64,000 nucleotides of DNA from Octopus vulgaris (taxonomy: Eukaryota). The stretch is taken from NCBI GenBank assembly GCA_951406725.2, contig OX597815.1, positions 133,238,001 to 133,302,000 of the forward strand, given 5' to 3'. The notes beneath the pieces were generated by a model, which worked only from the letters and a program-made list of their open reading frames with translations, searched no databases and had not been told where the DNA came from. Within the stretch, counting starts at the first letter, position 1, and each line of letters begins with the position of its first letter. The translations under genes and the position numbers were made by a program. Below, piece after piece: positions 39,436 through 51,852 of this stretch.

Positions 39436-42400
39436 ACAGAGGCTCCTTTATGCTTTTATTCTTGTTTCAGCCATTGGACTATAACCATGCTGAGGCTCTG
39501 TTTTAAAGAGTTTAGTTGATCAAATCGATCCCTGTACGTATTTCAAGTTTGGAACTTATTCTAATTACTTTTTGCTAAATCGCTAGGTTTGATGTAATTA
39601 AACTAAGCTCCAGTTGTCAAACACTGAGAGACAAATACAATGATATCATCATCATTATCATCATTTAATGTCCATGTTATATGCTGGTATCGATTGAAAG
39701 GTTTGACAGAAGCCGATGTCTCCAAGGATTGCATCGAGCTCTAGCACAGTTTTATGGTCCTTCCTAATGCCCATCATTTTACGGTGAAGACAGGGTGCTC
39801 TCTTTTGAGCCAGCTGCACTACTGAGGTTGCCATGCAATTTGCAGCAGGACTACTAACTCTGGGATAGTTGTGTGTGTATGTGGGAGAACAGGCACCTAA
39901 GGAGTGTCCATGTACTAATTCTCTGACATTGTGTGTATGTGTGTGTGTTTGTGTGGACGTATGTATGTGCTGTGTGTATCTTTCACCGAATGATATAAAC
40001 ATTGGCGAGAGATTGAGAAAAATCAGTGCATTACGAAGTAACTTCCTTTAGATATTTATTCATCACCGAGCTAGCTATACGTCCTTGTAAGTGAGTCTCA
40101 CAGTCTGAAATACTGCAAACTAAGTGATTGGCCTATTCAAGACCTGTAACCAACAGTATCATTGTTCACACAAAATAAACCCCAATATCGCTATTTTTTA
40201 GAAAAACAAAAAAAAAAAAACAAGAAACAAAAAAATCAAAACACAAAACCAATCAGACATAAAAAAACCCAGCAGCGTTTTTACTTACAAAATGTTATAT
40301 AAACTAAAGTAGATAACTAATATATGTTGACAGTCGGTTGAATCGACTCTCTTTTGTCTGCAAGTAGGTAATTTTCTGATAATTGAAGAAAACATTTCAA
40401 GCATTCTACACTGGGTAAACACAACCGCTGTTTTTGTTGTTGTTTTTTTATGATACAAATGTCATTTAATGACAGATAAAATGTACAGTTATTACGTTGT
40501 TATTTACATTTATAGATGTGACCTCCACTCATAAAAACATACTGGAAAAGTCCAGGTATAATACACTACAACGTTATAAAACCCATTTCGATTTTGGAGT
40601 CTAAAGAGTTTTAAAAGCTTCACAATAACATTTATAACGCACTGTGTTGTATAAAAGTGGATAGTCAACACTACTGTTGCCAGAATAAAGTCACTTACAA
40701 ACACCCTAATGGACTCAGAGCTGCTCATCTAAGAGAAGGTAACTCCATACAAATCCTGCATTCTGATAACTACTGGGATCATGACACTTGTTACACGAGA
40801 CCAGCACAAATTTGATGGTCGAGAGAATGGGATTGACTCTGCACAAACCATGTCGACAATAATAGTATTTATTGTGCAGATTGTTCAGCAAATCAAGACA
40901 CTGGCATTAAAACAGTCACACTTTCTTCCTTGTGCAGTGGTAACAGGGAAAAAAACAACGGTGATAGACAGAAAATGCAACCAGAATCTTCAGCTTTGAT
41001 GCTGCTCACAGGCGGCCTTAAGCGATGGTCGTTTTAGCTATATCTTGCTGAACATTTCATTCGTCGAATCGACGAGAGAGTCAAAAGCAATTTAATCATA
41101 ATAAAGCATTATTACATTATTGTGTTTATTCTTAATAAAAGTGAACGGGAAAACTTTGAAGCCCAATACTTTGTAGCCAATGTATTACAAACACTCCTAA
41201 TTTTAATCTTCATTTCAGTGAAAAAAGTTCGTTAATACACGGAGTTTTATGCTAAATGATGTTTTAATGACTACTAAAAACAGATGTTTGCAAGTTTCCA
41301 ACACAAGGGCACAAAATGTCTGAAAGAGATATGGATGCACAAAAGTGGTTTTCAAATTTTGGCCCAAAGCCAGAAGTTTCGGGTGTGTGCCTGTGAGCGC
41401 GTGTAGCCAAGTAGTTCGCTTTGTAACCAGAAGATTCTGAGTTCGATCTTACTGTCTAGCATCTTGGACATGTGTGTCTTTCAGTGTAACCTCATGTTGA
41501 CGAAGACCTTGATAGCGAAAGGTCATGGATGGAGACAGTAGAAATTTGTCAGTTGAAATGCTCTTACAGTTCAATGATCCAGCCTTGTCTCATGTGCTGA
41601 TTGTACTTGAAAATTATCTTTAGGATTCAGGAGTCTGTGGAGTATTCAGCCACTTTGTACATTAATTCAATGAGTAGCTCCTTCAGCTTATCAACGGACT
41701 GGACGTTCATGTTTTCTTAACATGAATTCATCACACACACACATATACATGTGTATGCGTGCATGTGTGTGTGTGTTTCTGAGCATGTATACATGTATAT
41801 GAGTGTATCCATACTTGGTTGTGTAGTTAAGAAGTTCGCTTTGCACCCATATAACTTTGAGGGTTCAGTCCTTGGGCCAACGAAAGCCTTGTGAGTCAAT
41901 TTGGTAGATGGAAACTGAAAAAAAACAATTTGTGCCTATGTTTGTCCACCACCACACTGCTTGGCAGCCAGTGTTGGTGTGTTTACATCCTCATAACTTA
42001 GCAATTTTACAAAAGGGACTGATAGAATAAGTAACATGCTTTAAAAAATAAGAGTACTCAGGATCGATTCTTTCAACTAAACATTCTTCAGAGCAGTACC
42101 CCAGCATGGCCACAGTCTAATGACAGAAACAATTAAAAAATAAAAGAAAAAAAGATTATTTTTATCAAATTTTTTTTTTCCCCAATATAACTTGCTTTAA
42201 GTAAAAATATCTCAGGAAGGATATATAGAAGAATGTTTCTGTTGTTTTCTCCAACTCATTTCTTACAAAGAAAATTTTAAATATTTATAGATTTTCTTCC
42301 TTCTTCCAAATTACATATTTAACTATGTATAATTTTTCTTCATTATTTAATTTTAAAGTCTTCTCGTTACTGAGAACAATGGGTTTTTATTGTGCTCTTT

Positions 42401-42691
42401 TTTGTTTCTCTCGAGGTATTAAATTCTATATCTTTTTTTTGTTTGTATATGTTATTGTTTGGTACCAATAAGCTGTGACTAAGCAGATATATGATCAGAA
42501 GCATTTCCATAATGGCCATCCTCTTTTTTGATGACTTATTTTTTATATATATTCCAAGACAACATTACACAAAGTAGTCCATCCTTTATTTATGTTTTAA
42601 AATGATTGAAAAATTCAATTACTATTCTTAGCAAATTGACCAATCAAAATAAGCCTACTGGCTAACTAAATATTCTACTGACAAGAATATG

Positions 42692-42878
42692 CAGCAATCC
42701 CTCGACTATCGCGGGTGTTATGATCCAAAACCTCCCACAGAAATAATTAAAATCTAAAAAAATATAAATACCTATCAACCACAAAAACCAGTGATATAAA
42801 TTTACATACATTAGCCAGAAAAATCCATGATGTACTGAGTGCACAATAGGTGAACCACAATATGGTGAGGGATTACTG
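42692..42878. mobile_element. Tigger/pogo-like MITE
   Basis: TIRs CAGCAATCCCTCGACTAT and ATATGGTGAGGGATTACTG, with TA on the right side. Confidence 0.6.
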
Positions 42879-44903
42879 TAAAACATTCTTTTCCTACTGT
42901 CAATCATTGGAGTGAGGTAATGCTGGGGTATAAACTACTGAAGTGTTTAGTGAATTAAGACTTATTCTTTTCAAGTTTCATGCCTATTCCATTGCCTCTT
43001 TTGCCAATTCACTATTATAGGGATATCAACAAACCAACACTGGTAGAAATAAACACAAAGACAGATACACACAGACAGACATGTGTGTGTGTCCTTCCCT
43101 GAGCGTCTGCTAATACTTTACATGTACCACATCCTCACATTGTTGTGTTTCTTGCTTGTTTTTCTTTTTGGGATTTACTGTGTGTGTGAGTGTGTGTATG
43201 TATGGAGCACTCCGTCGGTTATGACAATGAGGGTCCCAGCTGATACAATCAATGGAACAGCCTGCTCTTAAAATTAACGTGCAAGTGGCTGAGCACTCCA
43301 CAGACACTTGCACGTAGTTCTCGGGGAGATTCAGTGTGACACAGAAAGTGACAAGGCTTGCCCTTTGAAATACAGGTACTACCCATTTTTGCCAACTGAG
43401 TCGACTGGAGCAACATGAAATAAAGTGTCTTGCTCAAGGACACAACGCATTGCTGGGAATTGAACTCATGACCTTACGATCGTGAGCCAAATACCCTAAC
43501 CACTAAGCCACATATCATACATACAAGTGGATGGCCATCATCATGTATATATGTATGTATACATACATGCCTGCATACATACATATGTATACATATAAAT
43601 CCATTGTGTGTGTGTGTGTGTGTACATACATCATCATCATCATCATCATCGTTTAACGTCCGCTTGATGATGATGATGTATGTATGTATGTATGTACACA
43701 CATACAATGGATTTTGACACACTTTCTGTCTATCAAATTCATTCACAAGGCATTATTAAGCCCAGAATTATAGAAGAAGATATTTGCCCAAGGTGCAACA
43801 TAGTTGAACTAAAGCTTCCTATCGTGTGATTGTGAAGCAAACTTCTCAAATACACAGCCATGCTTGCACAGCACACAGAAGATGATGTTAGAAATTAATA
43901 TTGGAGACATACTCCAGCAGTTAATTACTTCAGAAAAGAATAGATTTTCCATAGAAAGAAGCACATGTACATTGTAGAGCCAGGGCTGTTCCAATGAAGA
44001 GAGATGTTACACTGCTGATCAACACATAGATGGTTCAGCTATTTATGATTAGTTCTGCACTGTGTCAATAACAAAACACTTTGATCTTCCAAAGAAAAAA
44101 GTACAAGAACCATAGCTGTTCCAATAGAGAGAAAGCAGTATGTTATATTGTTGATCAATAAATAGATGGTTCAAGTACTGACAACTGGTTTTGCGTTGTA
44201 TGACTAATGAAAATACTTAGTTTCCAGCTGCTCCATCCACCTATATGTATGTACCACATTTGTTTTTATACTCTTCTTTGCTAGAGCTACACCAGCCTTC
44301 ACCTGCTACTCAATTCAATTAAAGAAATCTCAAATTAGCAGCTTGTTCATGGATACAACACACAACTAGATGAAGAATTAAGCCCACAATATATGTATGA
44401 GTGTGTGAGAGGTGGGGTGTGTGTGTGTTAGCACAAAAAGAACTTTCTAATCAACTTGTATCTTTATAGTTTGGTAATTAAGAAATGTAATGTTCCAAAG
44501 AACAATGAAACCAATAGTAAAATACTCTGACTCATCAAGTGTATTTCAAAGTACAAGCAAAACCTGAACATCTCACTCTTGGAACTCTTAAAGTAAATTT
44601 ATTGTTCCTGTCAAATATACAAACGATTGAAGGAGGCCATCATCCTTAATTTAGTAACATTAGGGAGTGATACTGTGATAGAAATAGCAAAATACAAGAC
44701 TGAATATATTGCCATTATTACATTTGGACTTGTAATTTCTGTCATTGACTTTGCTGCTTCAAACTTTTCTAGAGGCAATAAAATTATTTCCCAACAACAT
44801 GATTATTTTATCTTCAGTCACATTGTGTGACACATTGGGTGTCTTCTGCTATAGCTCTAGGCTGACTAAAGCCTTGTGAGTGGCTTTAATAGACTGAAAG
44901 AAG

Positions 44904-44904
<1 letters not shown>

Positions 44905-44953
<49 letters not shown>

Positions 44954-44968
44954 TATACACATATATAT

Positions 44969-45004
<36 letters not shown>

Positions 45005-45019
45005 CATATATATATACAC

Positions 45020-45052
<33 letters not shown>

Positions 45053-45086
45053 AACATATATATATACACACATATATATATACACG

Positions 45087-45122
<36 letters not shown>

Positions 45123-46481
45123 CATATATATATACACACATATATATATACACATATATATATATATATATACATATATATATACACGTATATATATATA
45201 CACATATATATATATACACGTATATATATATACACATATATATATAATCATATATACATATATATATATATATCATCATATATACATATATATATCATCA
45301 TATATACATATATATATATCATCATATATACATATATATATCATCATATATACATATATATATATCATCATATATACATATATATATATATCATCATATA
45401 TACATATATATATATATATCATCATATATACATATATATATATATCATCATATATACATATATATATCATCATATATACATATATATATCATCATATATA
45501 CATATATATATATATCATCATATATACATATATATATATATCATCATATATACATATATATATATATCATCATATATACATATATATATATATCATCATA
45601 TATACATATATATATATATCATCATATATACATATATATATCATCATATATACATATATATATATATCATCATATATACATATATATATCATCATATATA
45701 CATATATATATATCATCATATATACATATATATATATATCATCATATATACATATATATATATATCATCATATATACATATATATATATATCATCATATA
45801 TACATATATATATATATCATCATATATACATATATATATATCATCATATATACATATATATATATATCATCATATATACATATATATATATATCATCATC
45901 ATATATACATATATATATATATATATCATCATCATATATACATATATATATATATCATCATCATATATACATATATATATATATCATCATATATATATAT
46001 ATATATCATCATATATACATATATATATATATATATCATCATATATACATATATATATATATATATATCATCATATATACATATATATATATACCATCAT
46101 ATATACATATATATATATCATCATATATACATATATATATATATATCATCATATATACATATATATATATATATCATCATATATACATATATATATATAT
46201 ATCATCATATATACATATATATATATATCATCATATATACATATATATATATATCATCATATATACATATATATATCATCATATATACATATATATATAT
46301 ATCATCATATATACATATATCATCATATATACATATATATATATCATCATATATACATATATATATATATCATCATCATATATATATATATATATATCAT
46401 CATATATACATATATATATATATCATCATATATACATATATATATATATATCATCATATATACATATATATATATATCATC

Positions 46482-46525
<44 letters not shown>
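44905..46525. repeat. 1.6-kb (TA)n-based compound micro/minisatellite (CATCATATATACA(TA)n units)
   Basis: Read directly from the sequence. Confidence 0.95.
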
Positions 46526-46526
<1 letters not shown>

Positions 46527-46609
46527 GGTCCCGGGTTGATTCGGGGTTAACCACAGTAAATAAGGTACTCAATACATAGCAGAGTAAAATTAATTCATTA
46601 TATAGAAGG

Positions 46610-46660
46610 AGCTTCTACAGGACTAGAACTGTTTCATTCAAGAGAAATCATCAGGAAGCT
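46610..46660 (-). ncRNA. Type I hammerhead ribozyme (inverted copy of 47599-47649)
   Basis: Exact reverse complement of the plus-strand motif at 47599-47649. Confidence 0.65.
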
Positions 46661-47090
46661 AGCTAACAAGGTGTATGTAGGTGTATATGTATGTGTGTAT
46701 ATATATTTATTGGTGTATATGTATGGACTAGTCTTCTAAACGTGTAGACATGAATCTGTAGGTACGCGTACGTATGTGTATATATGTGAATGTATGTAGA
46801 TGTATGTATGTATGAATATAACGCGTGCGTGCGTGTATGTGTATGAGTGTACGAATGAGTGAGTGTGCGTGCTAATGAGTGTGCGTGCTAATGAGTGTGC
46901 GTGCGTGAGTGAGTGCTTGTGTTCAAGTAGAAAGATAAATGGACTTGCTGTCGTAGCCAAGATGCTTGTGACCCGCGGTCAAAGATAACAAAAGTAATAA
47001 ATGAAGATAATAATAAAATTAAAATTAGGGAATGGGTTTGTATTTGTATGTATATGTGTGTATGTGTAGGTATGTATAGGTACACATGTG

Positions 47091-47135
<45 letters not shown>

Positions 47136-47236
47136 ATATATGTGTATATAGGGACTTGTGTGTGCATGTGTGTATGTGGATATGTGTGTGTATGTGTGTA
47201 TGTGTATGTGTGTGTATGTATATATTTTTTTGTGTG

Positions 47237-47298
<62 letters not shown>

Positions 47299-47598
47299 CA
47301 TGTATATATATATGTGTGTGTGTGTATGTATGTGTGTATGTATATGTGTGTGTGTATATATATACATATGTGTATATGTATAAGTGAGAATCTCCTTGTT
47401 TACCTAAAACTCTATACTTCTATATATTTTTTTATTTTTTTATTCTTTTATTTATTCTTTTATCTAATTTACCACTGACTCCTTGACCACTCCCCCAAGT
47501 ATGATATTTTTGCGCTATGCCTACCCCCAAAAAGTCCCCCACCACCACCCCTTTAAACCTGCCTAAATGTATAAATGCCAATACAATTCTTGTTAGCT

Positions 47599-47649
47599 AG
47601 CTTCCTGATGATTTCTCTTGAATGAAACAGTTCTAGTCCTGTAGAAGCT
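47599..47649 (+). ncRNA. Type I hammerhead ribozyme
   Basis: AGCUUC-CUGAUGA-UUUC(UCUU)GAAU-GAAA-CAG(UUCUAGUC)CUG-UA-GAAGCU. It has a 6-bp stem I, a 4-bp stem III and a GUA site at 47641-47643. Stem II is short with a U-U at its base. Confidence 0.65.
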
Positions 47650-47874
47650 CCTTCTATCTAATAAATATATATATATATATAATTCTGTAGGTATATAATA
47701 CCACTAGCTAAAGTTATGTGTATCTTTATTGTAATTTTTATGGTGGTTTTTGGAGCAATGGCTCTGATTTTAATAAGTGGTATTATATACCCTACTGAAT
47801 CTTAAAATAATTTATATTGTGCCTTTACAGGCACAATATTATTACTATAAATAACAGTAATAATACTTCTTTAT

Positions 47875-48160
47875 CATCATCATCATCATCATCATTTAAC
47901 GTCCGCTTTCCATGCTAGCATGGGTTGGACGGTTCAACTGGGGTCTGGGAAGCCAGAAGGCTGCACCAGGCCCATTCTGATCTGGCAGTGTTTCTATAGC
48001 TGGATGCCCTTCCTAACACCAACCACTCCGAGAGTGTAGTGGGTGCTTTTTACGTGCCACCGGCACAGAGACCAGACTGGGCTGGCAACGACCACGATCA
48101 GGTGGTGCTTTTTACTTGCCACCGGCATGGAGGCCAGTCAAGGCGGCGCTGGCTACAGCG
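47875..48160 (-). mobile_element. RTE-associated SINE or RTE 3' end with (CAT)n tail
   Basis: (CAT)n-TTTAACGTCCGCTTTCCATGCTAGCATGGGTTGGACGG...GGATGCCCTTCCTAAC. Decayed relatives at ~39650-39860, 58955-59110 and 60270-60480 (opposite strand). Confidence 0.55.
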
Positions 48161-48625
48161 TATATATAAATATATCTATTTATATATATACATATATATA
48201 TTTATATGCAAATACACACACTCATCCTTGTTTTAGAATCATGTGATAGCAGTAAATGAGTATCACCATCATGCAGGGTGTGTCACAGTGTTCCAGTCTT
48301 CTCTGTAAATATGTCCAAAGAGAAACAATACCCTATTTGGCAAGAGGAAGGGCATAAGCCTACAGAAAATAATATGTATGTATGTATGTACACACACACA
48401 TATATACACATATATATATGTATGCGCACACACATATACATATATTTTCACACACACACATACACATATTAAGTTTATATATTAATTTTGCAAGAGTCTT
48501 GATGTGAAATCATGTGTTGAAACAGATATTGTTGTATTTAGGGATGGTCATGTTGCCAGTTTAGCCAATAAAAACACACGCACTATATATTTGGTGTTAA
48601 TTTGCTTCAGCTTTATTTTATTTTT

Positions 48626-48690
48626 TACATTAATCGTATTTCGGCCAGAGTTCTTTCATCACACTTCTGTGACCTCATCAGTGGTCCTTT
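48626..48690 (-). ncRNA. Hammerhead ribozyme truncated at its cleavage triplet
   Basis: Minus strand reads GGACCA-CUGAUGA-GGUCA...UGGCC-GAAA-UACGAUUAAU-GUA and then an A-rich flank. The 3' arm of stem I is absent. Confidence 0.55.
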
Positions 48691-49928
48691 GCTTTCTTTT
48701 TTCTTATTTGTGTTTCTTTCCTTACTAACGATCAGCCATTTTGTATTTTGTATTCCTATTGTATATGTCTTTATTTGCACATGCGTATACCCCTATGTGT
48801 CGATGTTTTGTAAGTGCGTGTGGGGGGTGCCTGTATTATCTGTATTCCCTGTTTATACACGTTTGTTTAATTCGTTTTTATTTATTTTGTTCATTATTAT
48901 TATTTTTTCTATTCTTTCTTCTTTTGTATTTAATTTAATTTAATTTTTTTTAATTTTAAATTTTGTTAATGTACATAGTTATTTAATTCCATTTGTTCAT
49001 CTGTATATTGTATTATATTTTGTTCATATTGTTATCAGTTTATGGGGATCTTATTCTGTCATATGTTGTGGTGTGTTGGGGGTGTGTGCTAGTGTTCAAT
49101 TCCAGTTTCCTATTCAGGCTAGATTTATCTTCTATTATGTACGTAGCTTCTGTAATTTGTCTAAGCGTTGCGTCTGTTCTATGTGTGGACAAGATTTTAA
49201 CTTCTATGTTGTTGAGTGAGCCCACATGTTCCTGCTCAGTGTGCTGGTACAGAACCAATGAGCTCTTCTCTTCCTTAAATTCCCTCCAATGGTCATTTAC
49301 CCGCTCTCCTATGCTCCATGTCGTTTCCCCTACTACGTCGTTGTCTTGTTACTGCATCATCCCTCTGTACGTCTTATACAATAGACTACATTTCTGGCTT
49401 TACAGTTTGTTTGTGGGCTAAATCTACACACAGTACAGTTCCTATCAGTACAGGGGGGTCTACTAAAAGGGTAGGATCTACCGATTAGGGATTTGATAGG
49501 GTTGCCTGGCCTTTCAACAACCTTAATCCTTAGCTTAAGTTTGTCTAGGGCCCTTCTAAAGCAGTACACCAGTTCGCCTCTAGGGGTGGTGTCGACAAAC
49601 ATGACACTCTGGTATTTGTGGCTATCATACCAAGAGTTGGCCTTCCCTACTTTCTTCTTAGTCCTTTCAATGGTGTTCCATGACTTGCTCCTATAGAGTG
49701 GGCAAATCCCATTCCTATCATTACATATGATAGCTTCAAATTTCCTCATGGCTCCTTTGTATATTCTGATCCTTTCTTTATAGCTGTAAGCTGAGAACTG
49801 CATGTGGTGAACGAAATGTTGTATGTGTCTCTTTAACTCTGTTGGGTCTCACATGTGGAACACATTTCGCATTACTCTGACGAGGTCAGAGCAATGCGAG
49901 TGTGCGACCCAACAGAGTTAAAGAGACA
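48626..49928 (-). mobile_element. Penelope-like element 3' half (Naiad-like), with 3' UTR ending in a hammerhead half
   Basis: PLYRSKSW, VMFVDTTPRGEL, IKVVERPG, Cys linker CTDRNCTVC..NCKARNVVYCI, VGET, ERVNDH and LRQITEA..LN (GIY-YIG). Frameshifted. Confidence 0.8.
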
Positions 49929-50305
49929 TAGGCCAAGATAATGGTTGCTAACCCATGATGAAGCACTAATCTAATCTTAAGTATTCTGTCGCATACTCTG
50001 ACTACCTCAATTACCTTATCTACCCATTTCTCCACAAGAAGTATACCCACGCTCCCGACCCTGTCAGTGTTCCCTGCCCAGAAAATCCTGTACCTGTGTT
50101 CTTTGCTTTTGAGGTACCTAGCAGAATCTCCTCTCCACCTTACTTCTTGGATGCAGCACATATCGACACATCTCTCTTCAAGCATCTCAACAATCTCACC
50201 AGACCTACCTTTCAGTGTGCCGACATTGAGAGTGCCAACCCTGAGGGTGTGGGAGGTATGGGCCCTTGAGTCCCTAGGACGGGGGACAGTAGTGTCATGT
50301 ACCTG
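49929..50305 (-). mobile_element. RTE-clade LINE APE endonuclease N-terminal fragment
   Basis: LRVGTLNVGTLKGRSGEIVEML..VDMCCIQEVRWRG..VGILL..RILKIRL..IILAY. Confidence 0.8.
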
Positions 50306-51197
50306 AAAAGAGAGCTTGCATTTGGCAGAATTCATAAACAAACAATAAGTTCAACCTGCGTACACTACACTATCATATTTTTGCACTATATGATCACTAC
50401 CTTATATAGTAGGGGTGGGGATGGCGTAAAGCCTTTAGAAGTGTTCGTGGGAGACAACCAAAGCATGACAAAAAATAGGGACTTCCGGTACAGGTGCATG
50501 GGTTGGGAGGGATTGCACACCGCAAAGTAGCAAATATGGACAAGAGCATCTCCTGGATACATATTCTTTCGGTGGAGGTATTAAGAATCAAGTAGGGGAA
50601 TCTGAGTGCGTGCGCTAGTTTATATAGGGTGGTGGTGGTGGTGGTGGTGGAGGAGGAGGAAGTAGGAAGTCTTGGCAAGGTGAGTGGTAATCGAATGAGA
50701 GAGAGACATAGTGAGATAGAGAGAGGGAAGGGGTCAGGACACGAGGGAGAGATATTCTTTTGGGATTTGTGTGGCATAGTTAATTTAACGAGACAGCAAA
50801 TGTTGATAATAGTAAATAGAATTGAAGAATCTGAGAGCCAATCTAAGACAAAATTAGAGACAAATGACTCTGTGATAAACTTTAATAGATGAATGAATGA
50901 ATATGTTGCAGCTAAGGAAATGCGTGAGCTAAGGTTATCTTAGGCAACAACAAGTAAGATGAAACTATAGAACTATATTTACATGATGACATGGTGCTGA
51001 AATAGACAGAATAATGAAAGAACTAATAAGGGGTTTGTAATCCGCACAGAAATAGAAGAGTAGGTGACAGGGTTGAAAAGATAAAATATCTTATCTGAGC
51101 ATATTCTGGGATTCGTATTTTTCAGCCAAGGTATTGAGTCAAGTAAGGGAGTCAGTGTGTGTGCGCTATTTTATATACGGTGGTGGTAGTGGTGGAG

Positions 51198-51233
<36 letters not shown>

Positions 51234-51402
51234 TCCAAGAAAGTTAGGGGTTGTGAATCCAACCCAGTAAGGGATAATATCTATCCAATATACTGCTGGT
51301 AGAATACCCAATTGTTAATACACAAGTGTTTTTTATTGCATTGCAATTACATTACCTAGTGTATCAAATGAGTGAAGGTAAAGAGATATTTTACCATTAA
51401 TT

Positions 51403-51797
51403 TATATAGCAAATAAGAAAATGGAGGAGAACAATAGGTGGTTCATCAACTTTTGGACATTAACTTATTTATTTATTAAACTGATAACTATAATAACATA
51501 CATACATATAGCATATTATTCTTTACATATAAGATATAAAATATAGTAATATGTAAAGATACCAGTAATTATTATAAAAAACATGAATATAAATTGATAA
51601 AATATTCATGTTTTTTATAATGATTACTAGTATCCTTATATATCACTATATTTTATATCATATCTTATATGTAAAGAATAATACGTTAGATGTATGTATG
51701 TTATTATAATTATCAGTTTAATAAATAAATAAGTTAACATAATTTAATGCCCAAAAGTTGATGAACCACCTATTGTTCTCCTCCATTTTCTTATTTG

Positions 51798-51803
<6 letters not shown>
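51403..51803. repeat. ~400-bp imperfect palindrome (fold-back)
   Basis: TAGCAAATAAGAAAATGGAGGAGAACAATAGGTGGTTCATCAACTTTTGG... is mirrored at 51750-51803. The loop is near 51591-51601. Confidence 0.9.

Positions 51804-51852
<49 letters not shown>

Noticed and set aside
49877-49900. CTGACGAG inside the fold-back hairpin
   Set aside because: No GAAA core follows. It arises from the hairpin loop.
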